64,000 nt of DNA. It comes from Octopus sinensis. Lineage: Eukaryota. Below, one piece after another: positions 1 to 13,562 of this stretch (the first letter of the stretch is position 1; each line of letters starts with the position of its first letter). A program made the translations under genes and the position numbers. Where the stretch lies: NCBI RefSeq assembly GCF_006345805.1, contig NC_043004.1, forward strand, positions 15,934,001 to 15,998,000, in the 5' to 3' direction. The notes under the pieces are model-generated. The model was given only the letters and a program-made list of their open reading frames with translations. It made no database searches and was not told the DNA's origin.

Positions 1-282
1 AATCTATGATACATTTTCATTAACGGTTTGCGCATTTCTTTGATCTCATGGGAAATATAGTCATCAAATTTAAAGATGAAACACAATATGCCGACGAGTA
101 AAGTGCCACTGACATTTCGTGTTAATTAGATTTACATTTGAACTTAAAATATTTTAGTCACACTGTTTAGCTTTGCTTCCTTCAGTCTCTCTATTTGCAT
201 GTCGTAGTCGACTTTGTCTCACCAATAACCGGCATACACATGCAAATTGAGCAGTGTATCCTTGCACTATTTTAAAAACAAT

Positions 283-326
<44 letters not shown>

Positions 327-328
<2 letters not shown>

Positions 329-866
329 ATATGGTATTATTAAAATACCATCACAAGTGGTAAGCGAATTATTAGCCGTACAGGCAAATTAATAAAATAT
401 ATACATACAATATTAGATATGTACACATATACATAAGGGTACTAAATGAGTACCTATATCGCTCATGATAGAAGTCAAAAATACTTCTGTACCACCGAAA
501 AGTCACAAATCTGTTACAGACAAGACAGGAAAAAATATCAGTGAACAATAATAATGTCTTACCTCAAATGGATCAGAACAAGTAAATGCTGGTCAACTCG
601 GTACCGGTTTCGAAATTTAGCGCCAGCTAGACGCGTGATTTCTCATCAGCCGAAATCCGCCAGCTAAATAACTACTAACATTCTCCCCCATCATGCCTGC
701 GAAAGCTCGTTTTAAGTGACCAAGCACCGTACGAACAAACGAATCGCGTAAAATCATTTATAAATATAGGGATGGTATTAAAATACCATCACAAGTGGTA
801 AGCGAATTATTAGCCGTACCGGAAAATTAATAAAATATAAACTTACAATATTAGATATGTACATAT
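327..866 (-). mobile_element. Retrozyme-like / Penelope-LTR-like non-coding unit: ~438-bp monomer plus ~95-bp partial repeat, containing a hammerhead
   Basis: ATTAAAATACCATCACAAGTGGTAAGCGAATTATTAGCCGTAC...CAATATTAGATATGTACA occurs at ~339-425 and ~777-862 (offset 438). A HHR lies between the copies on the minus strand. The unit abuts (TA)n. Confidence 0.65.
597..654 (-). ncRNA. Type I hammerhead ribozyme motif, intact core
   Basis: Minus strand reads TTCGG-CTGATGA-GAAAT...ATTTC-GAAAC-CG-GTA-CCGAG. Stem I TTCGG/CCGAG, stem II GAAAT/ATTTC with inner GCGTC/GGCGC, palindromic stem III ACCGGT, GUA triplet (predicted cut between 602 and 601). Confidence 0.8.
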
Positions 867-893
867 ATCTAATATACATATATCTAATATAAG

Positions 894-997
894 GATATAG
901 CAGAAGGCACATGCCGAGTTACTACACAGTGGGACTGAACAAAGGACCATGTGTTTTGGAACCAAGTTTGTTACCACACAGCCACACCTGCACCTAT
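894..997 (-). mobile_element. tRNA-derived SINE head fragment
   Basis: Degenerate match to the SINE head at 32019-32180 and 41270-41434 (CAGTGGGACTGAAC...ACCACACAGCCACACCTGC on the plus strand). Confidence 0.6.
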
Positions 998-1795
998 GCA
1001 TGTATGTGTGTGTATGTGTATGTGGGTGAATATATGTATGCATGTATATATGTGTATATATATATATATATGTACATATTACATGTACATCTATATATAT
1101 ATGCATCTGCACATACATGTATACATATACATCTATATCTATAGAAATACATCTATACATATAGATGTATACATATACATCTATATAGACGTGTATATAT
1201 ATACATCTATATAGACGTGTATATATATATATATATATACACCATACATCTATATATATACATCCATATATATACATGTATATATTTTACTACAAAAATA
1301 AGTCTCCACAGACAACAATATTTGTAACTCACATATGGCAAAAAAAAAGAAGAAAAATAATGAAATCACAGTCTTCGGTTAATTATGGACGTACATTTCT
1401 GGATTAGAATCACAAGACTCATTTCCTTTATCGACATAACATTCCTATAAATCTAGAAATGCTAGGAAAACTCACCTCCTATATTTTCGATCAAGCGACA
1501 TCGAAAAATATAAAAGCTCATCAGCAAATCCACATTTATATAGACAAGTGAATTCGTATTTCCCTCCAGAATCTTTACCACGTGAGTCACAAAATAGTAC
1601 TGCCGAAAAGAAGATTCGTAGTTTTGTCATAGGGGAGTTAAATAGTCACTACAGTTATAGGGTGAAATATAATTAATTTAATAAATTATAATTATATAAA
1701 CTTTTACCGAATATGGTCCTTTTCCATACCGAAATACTACTAGATGAAATTTGTTGATTTTATTAAATTAATTATATTTCACCCTATATCTGTAA

Positions 1796-1838
<43 letters not shown>

Positions 1839-1843
<5 letters not shown>

Positions 1844-1959
1844 TTCAAACCTGATTCATAAGCAAGAATTAGGTTTGAAGTTTATATATATATATATATA
1901 ATATATATATATATATATAAAACTTCAAACCTGATTCATAAAGCAAGAATTAGGTTTGA

Positions 1960-2007
<48 letters not shown>

Positions 2008-2035
2008 TTCAAACCTAATTCTTCCTTCATGAATC
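1839..2035. repeat. Fold-back hairpin units separated by (TA)n
   Basis: AAAACTTCAAACCT-GATTCATA(A)AGCAAGAATT-AGGTTTGAAGTTT at 1839-1883 and 1919-1964. A third copy at 2003-2035 (AAAACTTCAAACCTAATTCTTCCTTCATGAATC) is close to the reverse complement of the hairpin's 3' part. Confidence 0.85.
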
Positions 2036-2425
2036 GACGTTCAAAGTTACTCCTTTTCTTACCAAAACATTTTAATTTGATTTTAATTTCATTTAATTTT
2101 AATCAGCCGTCAGTTTGAATGTTTCAAAGCAATAAAATAAAAGTGACTACAGACCTATTGCCGTTCTATTATTTTTCATCTTTTCCTATCTTTTGTACTT
2201 TTTTTGTTTTTATCATTTGGCGGTGTTCAAGGAGGATCTAATAAATTTGTTCACATATCTATATCAGTTAAATATTTATTTTATAGCTTTTAAATTAATT
2301 GATTCATTTGCAAATTTAGCTATCCATGAGGCTACGATTGAAAGAGGGAAAAGAAGAGTGAGTGTATGTTCGTGTGTGTGTGCGTGTGTGTGTACGTATG
2401 GGTATGTATGTGTGTGTGTGTGTGT

Positions 2426-2463
<38 letters not shown>

Positions 2464-2502
2464 CCCTTTTTTTAAAATGTTTTATTGAACAGAAACATTA
2501 GA

Positions 2503-2640
2503 GCAGCATCGAGTGTAATGTTTTCTCGCATTCGTTCTAGCTCTGTACATTCTGACATCAAATCCCATCGAAGTTAACCTTGCATTTTATCCTTCGTGGT
2601 AAATAAAATGAAGTGACGGTCAAGTCTTTAGATCGATAGT
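2503..2640 (+). mobile_element. Old SINE fragment (Meta-domain-like family)
   Basis: Degenerate similarity to 42790-42950 (TCAAATCC..CGAAGTTAACCTTGCATTTTATCCTTCGTGGTAAATAAAAT). Confidence 0.45.
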
Positions 2641-3449
2641 ATCTGTTTATATCCTCACCCTAAAAATATCAACTGAAACTTATTTTCCAAATATTTACGT
2701 TGCTGTTCTTTAGTAGAAACAAAATGTTGTTCGTAATATCTAATTTATGTTTTGCGTATATAATTTATTTTGTTGCAAGTCACCAGTTTATTGTTGTGTT
2801 CTTGTCATTGCCGACTTTATAGCAGCTTCTACTGTTTAGTGCTACATATATGATTTACTTTCTCTACGATAATTATAATACTACGTGAGTCGCTTTCATG
2901 ATTAGCGAAATATAATGAAAGACCCATGCGACAAAACAATCGACATTCCTTAAGCATCCTCCAATTCATTAATTCAGTTTCATATTTATTAAAGATTTAT
3001 ACAATTGATTGCTTTCTTTTTTCTTAATGATATATTTTAAACAATGATTTTTGTCCTCTGGTTCCAAGCTATATATTGGAAAAGTTTGTTAGGAATATTG
3101 CACTAGCATAAAATTAAGTGGTTATTTTATATATTTATTTATTTATTTTTGCAATAAACAATATAACATATCGAACTTCCAGAATATTTCATATATATAA
3201 TTTTTAGCACTTATTTGTCTACTACGAACTTTGTACTAAAATGTAGGAAAAGCAGGTACGTATTAACACTATAAGTTGTTTAACTCTTACACTATGTACG
3301 TTGTGAACAGAAATTTCGTGCATAAACTTCGGTGTTTAAACTAAAAGGAGTCGCATTTTCGAATGAATATTTTCTATACTGGAATTCACACAAGAAGTAA
3401 TTTAAGATGCTTCCTTCTCATGTCTTTTCTTTTTCCTTTTCTTTTCACT

Positions 3450-3800
3450 TGTCTCAGTCATTATACAGCGGCCGTGCTGGAGCAGCATCTTGGAGAACTT
3501 TTAATCGAATGAATCCCTCATACGCTAGATGGGCCATCGATAACTTTGATAGGATAGCATCAGTTGCATGAGTGGAACACGGAATGACTGTGGAGAGGGT
3601 GCAAAAATAAATAGTGAAAAAAATCATGGTGGTGCTCCAGCATGCTCACAGCCACCTGGCGGAAAAACATAAAAGAATAAAAGAAACCCAGTACTTTCTT
3701 TTTTCTTAAGTTTATACTTATTCTATCGATCGATTTTCCAGGGTAGCTGGATTACGGGGACGTAAACGCTCCTATAGCATTTGTTAAGCGGTGGGGGACA
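3450..3800 (-). mobile_element. SINE body interrupted by an oppositely oriented SINE 3' fragment
   Basis: TCAGTCATT..GCGGCCGTGCTGGAGCA at ~3454-3485 and TTACGGGGACGTAAAC at ~3752 match the minus-strand SINE at 41034. GGTGCTCCAGCATG...AAAAGAATAAAAGA at ~3630-3685 is the same family's 3' end in plus orientation. Confidence 0.55.
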
Positions 3801-4201
3801 AATTTGACGTGCATCTCTGGAATGGTTGTAAACTACTATCGTGGAAGATTATTCTTGTAAGAACTGAGTCACTGTGTTCAGCTATCCTCTAGCACATGTA
3901 TGTGTGTGTATGTGTGCGTGTGTATACATATATACGTTTTTTATTAATATTTAGCAGAAGTTATGGAGTGACTCAAGGTCTGAAAATTTCGTACAATAGC
4001 ACTCATCAAACTGTTTGAACTTGAATAATCTGTTACTTCTGTAAATATTAATAAAAATATAGATATACTCATATTTGGAGTTTTATTTCCTCCTGCTTGC
4101 ATGATTTTCCCCAGATCATAGTGCTAGTGCATGCATATACAGCTGCGTTCGTGCACACATACACGCGAGTCCTGGCCAAATCTCCGACCAATCACATACA
4201 G

Positions 4202-4456
4202 CTAGCTAGCATTGAATTGGCGTATCAAGGTTCGGGGTCATTTTGATTGGGTTTTGGATAGAAAATTCACAAAAAAGTCACTTCTATTGATTTATTAATG
4301 GCTTTGCGGGGTGACTGAAGAAATGTAAAGATGTGCACGACCACCCTTGGACGGGTTTGTATGACCATAGAAAGTGCGAGCCCTCTAACTGAAAACTTGT
4401 GGATTTGTATAAAGGACACACAGAGAGACAGACATTTTGCCGTTTATATATAGAGA
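4202..4456 (-). mobile_element. Short non-autonomous Helitron
   Basis: Minus strand begins A|TCTCTATATATAAACGGCAAAATGTCTGTC (TC start after A, similar to the 38308 element) and ends ...CAATGCTAGCTAG. The 3' hairpin is degenerate. Confidence 0.55.
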
Positions 4457-4589
4457 TGTATATGTATATATGTATGTATGTATGCAAGTATGTATGTATG
4501 TATGTATGTATTTATGTATGTATGTATGTATGTATGTATGCATGTATGTATGTATGAACGTGTGTATGTATATTTGTATGTATGCATGC

Positions 4590-4742
4590 ACGGATACACA
4601 AGACGGCTTTCTACAGTTTCCGCATACAAAATTCACTCACAAAGCATTGTGCAAACACTTGTCTAAATAATCGCGGACAGTGACTGAAATGAAAAGACAT
4701 GTTTGAGAAGCAACTTTCTTCACCACACAGCCATGCCTGATC
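4590..4742 (-). mobile_element. tRNA-derived SINE head fragment
   Basis: GACGGCTTTCTACAGTTTCCG..AAATTCACTCACAAAGC...ACCACACAGCCATGCCTG matches the head of the SINE at 41270-41434. Confidence 0.6.
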
Positions 4743-5202
4743 CTGTATATACTTCTGTTAAATCTGTTCTGAAGTAATATACGTATAGCCAGTTTTAAAA
4801 GCGTCGATAGTCATAATTTCCTTTCTTAGTTCACATTAAATAATAATTTGAAATATATGGTATCTATAAAATTTTCTCTTACATTCTAAACACTGAACAA
4901 CAAAAGTTATTCATAATACGCCTTTTTCACATTTTCTCTGAATGGCACCGGGATGTCTCCTTCAATATTTCAAAAGGTTGGAAGCATTTTACACCATTGT
5001 TTTGAAAATGTCCCTCTTATGTCCGGAAGTGCACGCATTGTTACATTCTACTCTTTCTGTCGAATATACCAGAAACGAAATCGTATATTCAGACTCTGAC
5101 AACACGCAGGCACGCACACGCACACTCGCGCGCGAACACACACACACACATACACGTATTGATATGTAGTCAAGCAGTTATTTAGTTATATATGCACATA
5201 TA

Positions 5203-5252
<50 letters not shown>

Positions 5253-5272
5253 CACACATGTATATGTATGTG

Positions 5273-5309
<37 letters not shown>

Positions 5310-5317
5310 ATGTGTGT

Positions 5318-5624
5318 GGAGGCGCAATGGCCTAGTGGTTAGGGCAGCGGACTCGCGGTCGTGGGATCGCGGTTTCGATTCCCAGACCGGGTGTTGTGAG
5401 TGTTTATTGAGCGAAAACACCTAAAAAGCTCCACGTGGCTCCGGCAGGGTGTGGTGATCCCTGCTGTACTAATTCACCGCACTTTCTACCACTCTTTCTT
5501 CTGTTGGCCTGCTCGCTTAGCCAGCGGGTGGCGTCATTCGAAGGCTAAAACAATGCGAACGCATTGTGACCAGCGATGTGTAACAACATCTGATGGTCTG
5601 GTCTGTCACGTGATATCACGTGAT

Positions 5625-5632
<8 letters not shown>
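5318..5632 (+). mobile_element. Full-length tRNA-derived SINE
   Basis: Head GGAGGCGCAATGGCCTAGTGGTTAGGGCAGCGGAC...GGTTTCGATTCCCAGACCGGG carries an A box (TGGCCTAGTGG) and a B box (GGTTTCGATTCC). Tail consists of CACGTGAT repeats. Flanked by (TG)n and (TA)n. Confidence 0.85.
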
Positions 5633-5680
<48 letters not shown>

Positions 5681-5689
5681 GTTATATAA

Positions 5690-6200
5690 AATCAAAACAA
5701 ATAAGAGAACAAGGGAGTATTAGGTGACAACAAAACATTCTGGCAGTTAGATGATACAAAAAAGGACAGGAATAAACAAGGACGGGTCAGTCGGAGCTTT
5801 CAATCATCAGTTGAAAAGCAGATCGTGTTTGCAGTTTCGGCCGGTTAATCTCGAGACTCTTCTCATCTGCCCGGCCCCCCAAAAAATCCAAACTAAGAGC
5901 ACTAGATTCTGAGGAGGAAAGCAAGCGAATGTATACGAAGGACGAAAACAAAACGAACAAAAAATTGTACATAATTATAAATACACACAACAGGACATTA
6001 ACAGGTGTCTTTCGAATCAGGACGAATTAAATTAAGCTTTCGTGTGCGGAAGTGAAGCCTTATGGGAAGAAATACAAGAGATGCTACACGGATGGTCAGG
6101 CGTGGCTGAACACCGGTCAGGTGGAAGGAGAGGACAGAGGTAGTGGGTAGACGGATTGAGCATTTAGAAGGGACGAGAAAGAAAGAAAAATATAAACAAT
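5690..6200 (-). mobile_element. Penelope-LTR-like repeat with decayed hammerhead region
   Basis: Minus strand GGCCGG...CCGGCC-GAAAC followed by CTGATGATTGAAAGC..CCCGTCC is colinear with 43930-44095 (GGCTGG...CAGCC-GAAAT...CTGAAGATTGAAGGC..CCCGTCC). Confidence 0.5.
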
Positions 6201-6349
6201 AAATTAAATAGAGACATTTAATTGATAATCCAATGATTTAGTTATAATGCATAATGTACTATGAATATAATATAATATGATATAAGATAAAAAATCATTA
6301 AAAAAAACCAAAAGTTTGTTTTATATATATATTTATATAGATAGATAAA

Positions 6350-6383
<34 letters not shown>

Positions 6384-6390
6384 TTCAGAC

Positions 6391-6445
<55 letters not shown>

Positions 6446-9400
6446 CGGATAGACGGATAGATATCGATAATGGCTTAGCTGACTGAATCTTCGAAGTTAC
6501 TGTCAATACTGTTCTTGTTAGAGAATATTAAATTTGTACTGTAGAAACATATAGTGTAGCCTTCAGATTAATGAAAAAACAGTTTTTAATATAACATAAT
6601 AAATACGCGCACGCGTGTTTATATGTCTAGTATGTATGTATGCTTGTAAATATGTTCTAATAGTGAGCAATATTTTATATAATGGATTTGAATGTAAGTG
6701 ATGTGCATATTCCACCAGACGCTTTATATCATTTCTTCCTTTAAATTTGCCTTAATTGTACAATTACAAATGATCAAATTCCTCCACATGGGACATGAAA
6801 CTCGATCACAGATTGTGACTCGAAAACTGTTTCAACAGTAATTCGTTCTCTATTTTCTTTTGTATTCATTTTAACATGAGTTGAATGTCAATGTGAAGTC
6901 AATTAACTCGAATAGAGACGTCGCAGTATGAAACAAAGAAAAAAAGAACATACGAAATATGTTTTTGTTGGATGTGCAGCCCAAATAGTAGACGATAGAA
7001 TAATGATATCATTGCCGCGAGGTAATGTACTTTTTCTTTCGAATACAATTTATTTTCATTCAGAAACTACTACAGTTACAAATAAATAGATTTCGAAATT
7101 AGAGAGTAATTTGCAAAAATGTGACAAAAATCCATAAATTTAGAAAGGTCAAAGTTGGTGGTAACTTCGTCCACCTCAAGTATAATATAACAGATTTTTC
7201 TGATTAAGAATTCAAATGAATGATGGAAATAGAAACAGGAATACTATAACAAAAAAAAAGAATGATTAAACCATGAAAATTAACGAGATATTATGAAAAC
7301 AAACAAATAAATAAATGCAATGAAAACACTGGAAGAAGATTAATGAACAACACGCAGTCGATGTGGAAAACATATTTTGATTGTCGTTCAATGAACTTTT
7401 ACGTGAGATGGGTGTTGTAGTTCAAATGTCTGGGTAATTTATGATATTTCATATAAACGTCCATCTTGTTTGGGAAGTCATTTAACGGCCAAAAAACAAA
7501 TTGAGTATGAAGATGGAACGTAGCGTTATAAGCACTGAATGGAGTCTTCTAAGGAAAGGTTATGAATTCCAAACCAGCTGAAGATGAAATGCAAAATGAA
7601 CGCTAATAAACATTTAAAAGCAAAACATAGGAATCTTTGGTTATAATATTGGTTTCAAACTTTGACCAACAATTTTTGAGAATAGTAAATCGATTACATC
7701 GATCAGAGTACTCAACTGCAACACATTTTATCAATCTGGAAAAAGTGCATAGAAAGTCCACCATACGTAGGCTTTTAAAACAAGCCACCTAAGTTTTAAA
7801 TTGCATGGAGCTGAATGAAACAGTTATTAAATAAAAATTTGTAGCTTTTGTGTTGAGAAACACTTTCTATCAATTGTACAATCACTGGTATATCTAATTT
7901 TCTATCAATCTACATATGTGTTTACATCGAAGTGTTCCACTAGCTTCATAACCCCGCGTTATATTGCCCCCCGATCCAACATCCGCTTATCAGTAGCGCG
8001 TGCCCTCTACCATCAGGGACCTCGTCTCTTCTTCTACCCCACTTCTACAGCCACGAACACTATTGTGTAAACTCGGTGCACTTCCAGCATCTGTTCCCTT
8101 CCTCAATTCCATAAATCCAACGGCTCCGGACACCCCATGCTTTGTGCCTGTAATTACCGCACTGGACATATTTGTAAATACCTGCATGTTTACCCTCAGT
8201 CGCTTCCGTCCGGTTCCACACCCACGATACCAATTATTTCTTCACCTTTTCCATTCCTTTTTCTTCTCTTCTTGCTCTTCCTGACTCCACCTTATCATGT
8301 GCATCCTCATTAAAAAAAGCACACATTATATACTGAAGATCAGGTTACATTTTCCTGCAACACGTGGGTTTGATGGAAATACAGACCTAAGCAGTAGCCA
8401 AATAGCACAGAGCTTCTATCAACCTTTAACGGCTAGCATCATTGTGCTGGTGATAAAAGTAAAATCATTAGTGGGAGAGTTTGCAAACAGGAGATGGAAA
8501 GAGAGATATGAATAATGTAAGCATTTTAAAGTGTTCATTTTAACATCAAGAGTCTTCGTAAATTTGAAGAAAAGGAAATGTAATGTTTCATAGTTTATTT
8601 ATTATTAGATATATTATGAATTATAAATGTTACTCACGAAGTTTAAAAATGGAGGCGAAACTGAGTTCAAGTGAAAGTGTCATGTTTTAAACTAATGATG
8701 ATAAAATATCTGTGCAGATTTGTCTTAAAGATAAGAGAAGTGAACGCATAACGTCGTCCTGAATTGTGTTTAATTTATAGAATGTGCATAGACCAAAAAC
8801 CTGACAATAGGCCATAGGCTGACTCAAGCAAAAGTAGCCTGAAACTACAATAATGAGAATGTTTTAGTCTTTAAATTGAAGCATTAATTATTAATTAATT
8901 TTGATTAATTTTGATTAATTTGTGTTGAAGTTTTATTTCATTCAGGCAGGTGCTTCAGTTTTGTTTACGTTTCACTATAGTTTTGTTTTCAGGTACATCA
9001 TTAATTGTAGACTTAAATAAAAACATCGCAATATTTAGACAGATTCTTTACTTATTCCTCATGAAACTAATTACAGGAAACAGTACAATAAATTATATTG
9101 ATCCTATCACAGAAAACGAAGACAGAGAATTTGAATTAAAAATGCAGAACCTGTTATTCGTTCTTGGAATAAACAATTCAGCTGTTTAAATAAACTAACG
9201 AAAGATACATCCTTCTCGAAAGCTGCAAAATCGGTTTCTGAAGATTCAGGCATTTCCTTTTATGTATTGTAGTGTGTCAGTTGTAAAATGATCTAGTTTA
9301 GCATATAATTTTAACATTCTAAAATCGGTCTTACATCGCGTAGAATGTATACTGTTTAAAATGTCATCATGAATTGAATACTTCCAGAATAATACTTTGG

Positions 9401-9604
9401 GTACTGTCATATATTGAAATTTTCTTTATAATCACAAATTATTGGGGACTCATATTCACAATTAATTATGATCAGGTTGTTTACAATCGAGGAAACTCAC
9501 TCTTGTATAAAAAGATAACTCAGAAATTAGTGAAAAATGTAAAACGGTCAAGATGTTTTGCTATTAAGCTAATTTAATTAGCAGTAATGTTATATTGAGT
9601 TTTG

Positions 9605-11975
9605 ATGACAGCAATCTCCTCCAGTCTCAAGAATATTTCATAGATTTCTTGCAGAATACAAGATGGAATTTGTCTGCAGTTTGGCAATATGAGTCTCAAT
9701 TCCAACACATTTCATTATCTTTATTATCATTATGGCTGTTATGCCAAATGCACCAACTGCCACAGGAGTATTTCTTGGTTAAGACCATATATTTCTTAAT
9801 TTGTTTTCAATTTCTTTAGTATCAAAGTCTATGATTTTACCCTGTTTCTTTATTTCATCCTCAATATTCATATCTGATCCTCTTGCTAATTTTCATCGGG
9901 ACATCCTATAAGATCCATAATTCTTCTACTCTATCACAAACTGTTTCGTGTTAATACTGTTTTCTTGTTATTTCGAGGCTACCAACTCGGTTAAAGTCCC
10001 AGTCCAGTGTTCTACCTACACAGTCAAATCAGCTCTCCTACGCATTTTGTCCTAACTTACTTCATTCACTCAAGAGTTAATTGCTTCTCTCGTCTCATCT
10101 CCTGCTGATTCTATATTTCTTGTCTGTCTGAGTTTCTTTCGATCGTTTCCTTCATCAAATGTATCCTAATCGCTTCTTCCTCAGCAGCTACAATGAGAGC
10201 TGGGTCTCTCGTTTCGGGTTTATCTCTGACAACTAATACCAGTGTTCTGTGATTCCAACATCTTTCGTTTATTGTGTGAAGCAGCCATGTAATTCTTTAT
10301 TACCAGCTATATGCGTCGCTATTCCTCCTGTTCTTGTATTCGCCTACTGATTCTGTAACTCCTTGAGCATATCTAGCTCCCGGCATTATTATTTCTTCCC
10401 TCTGCACAACACAATTTTTCAACCCCAACATCGCAATACTAACGGTATCTTTCGTTCAATATCATACTTCCTGTTCAGTGCCCTGTATTTTTATTCGATT
10501 TTAAGCTTCCCCTTCTCTCTTCAATCTAACAGAAATATGTCCTTCGAGAGCATATCAAACCCCGCCTGTATTCGTCTTTTCCACTATGGATATTTTCTTT
10601 TGTCTCTCCCAATATATATTTCTTTTTCTTGACATCAACACCCACATTTTCTGCTACAACAATACTTGCTGCCTTGATCAAATTATTTGTTCCTCTGATG
10701 TTTTTTGCTCTGATGTTTTTCAGAATTTCATTCACATTTTCCGTTTATCACAAATAGCAATGGTGATAGGCTATCTCTTTGAAATATGCCTCTCTTGATG
10801 TTAACCCTCGCCATAAACTTTTCCACGTGAAGTTAAGTTTGTATTCCAGTTTTTCATTATGCTATCAGACACCAATACCAGCTAAGCCACAAGCTTTCTT
10901 ATAATCGATCCACACCATACCCACAAAGTAAGTATTTTCTTGAAGGCGTCAGAAGATGGTCTTTTGTCCCAGGGCTTTTCCTTCTACATCCTTTCTATTC
11001 CACTAGCAGTTTGTCACTCATTTCCAAGAAGTTATGCACATAATTAGACATTATTCCTGTCATCAGCTTCTACATGAGAGGCATACAGGTGAGAGGCCGG
11101 TAATTATCTACTCCATTGCATCTACTGGAATCCTTTTGCCAAAGAATTGTTTCACCTGTGGTTAGCCACTTTGCGAATTGCAGCCCGTTGTTGATCATTT
11201 TATCCATTTGCGTGATTATTCTTCTGTGTAGTGCTGGGAAACTTTTCAGCCAAGATTCTAGTACCCCATCCGGGTTAAGCAATTCCAGATTGGGATCTTT
11301 GTTGTCTGTTCGGTTACCTTTTGAGTCGTTATTCTAATAATGCTCTGTTTCAAGTCATATCTGTCCGCTCCTACAACCATTTATCATTTTTGTTATGCTT
11401 GCTTCTATTATCCCAGATGTTACTCCCAATCTTTTTACTTTCTTCAGTGTTCGACCTCTCACTGCTGTTAACCTTTTCATTTAGCCTTTGATTAACCCTT
11501 TTCTGGTCTTCTTGGAACAATCTGCTGACATTATATTGTTCAATTCATTGGCCATATCTTTTGATCTTTGTCGCTATGGCCAACAGTCTTTGTTTTAGCT
11601 CTTCAAGAACATCTAGTAGCCCTTCTTTGTCCTATATTTACGTTGTAGTTGTCCTATATCCACGTTGTAGTTCCTGATACTTCTCCTCCCTCTTGCTTTT
11701 ACCTTTTTCTCTTTCTTTACAAGATGTTGATATGTTTCCTAGTTCGTTCATATCTTGCTTTATTCTTCTTTTCCACCAGGATTATTTTCCTTTCATTCCC
11801 ACGTTCACGATTCTGTTCGGGGCCTACTTTATTTTGATATAGATGATGCAGACGTTAATCAATCTCTTCGTTCCGGTTATTTTATCTGTCTTCATTTCTT
11901 TCAGCATTTTATTTATCTTAACGTTCCACCCACTGAGCAAATTTCTATCTAATCATGTCCAGGTTTTCCTCCATT
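9605..11975 (-). pseudogene. R4/Dong-clade non-LTR retrotransposon remnant (RT + RLE endonuclease), heavily frameshifted and deleted
   Basis: Minus-strand translations: LKQRLLAIATKIKRY, SNIWDNRSKHNKNDKW, PDGVLESWLKSFPALH...WLTTGETILWQKD..NGVDNYRPLTCMPLM, MVWIDYKKA, PVAVGAFG, LQTNSILYSARNL. These are typical R4-clade motifs. Confidence 0.85.
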
Positions 11976-11988
11976 ACTATTGTCATTA

Positions 11989-12169
11989 AGGCTGCGAGCT
12001 AACAGATTCGTTAGCACACGGGGCAAAATGAATAGCGGTATTCTGTCCGTCTTTACGCTGTGAGATCTAATTCAGCCAATGTCGACTCTGCCTTTCATCC
12101 TTTCGGGGTCGATTTAATCGATTTCCATCCTTCCTCAAGATTTCAGGCCTTGTGCCTATACCAGAAAGG

Positions 12170-12170
<1 letters not shown>
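11989..12170 (+). mobile_element. SINE (Meta-domain-like family)
   Basis: GGCTGCGAGCT..CAGA.TCGTTAGCAC head, central GTCGACTCTGCCTTTCATCCTTTCGGGGTCGAT, tail GGCCTTGTGCCTATACCAGAAAGG followed by (TTA)n. Confidence 0.75.
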
Positions 12171-12241
<71 letters not shown>

Positions 12242-12242
12242 T

Positions 12243-12610
12243 AGTTTTATTTTTATAGCGTGCTTTCACTTCACTACCGAGCGCAGCTCTGTGTGCCTTG
12301 GGTATGTGCTGTGATTTGTTGTGATGCTCTGATGGTTATTGTATGGAAAGTGTTCTGCGTAGGATGTGTGCAGTGCCTAGTAGTGCAATTTTCTGTATGT
12401 TATATGTGTTTGTAAGTCCTGGTGTTTTTGTTATGTATTTGTCTGAATATTTTTTTATCGTGCCTAATGCACCTACTATGATAGGAATTGTTTCTGTTTT
12501 CAGATTCCACATTCTAGTTACCTCTATTTCCAGGTCTTTGTATTTTGAGAGTTTCTCCATTTCTTTTAGAGACACGTTGTCATCTGCCGGTATTGATACA
12601 TCAATTATTA
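12243..12610 (-). mobile_element. 5'-truncated R4/Dong-clade LINE 3' end inserted in (TAA)n
   Basis: Open frame LIDVSIPADDNVSLKEMEKLSKYKDLEIEVTRMWNLKTETIPIIVGALGTIKK...IQKIALLGTAHILRRTLSIQ* (RLE C-terminus), then a ~90-bp 3' UTR. (TAA)n lies on both sides. Confidence 0.9.

Positions 12611-13562
<952 letters not shown>

Noticed and set aside
5318-5395. Functional tRNA gene
   Set aside because: It has A/B boxes but continues into a SINE body and tail, and I could not fold a canonical cloverleaf.
7550-7830. Possible ancient mariner fragment (KSTIRRLLKQ..MELNE)
   Set aside because: Only a vague resemblance to STIxRHL/WVPHEL, with no catalytic motifs or TIR pair I can support.
7960-8210. Possible Penelope linker remnant (PSTIRDLVSS) or host exon
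   Set aside because: A single short motif with no flanking RT or GIY-YIG evidence.
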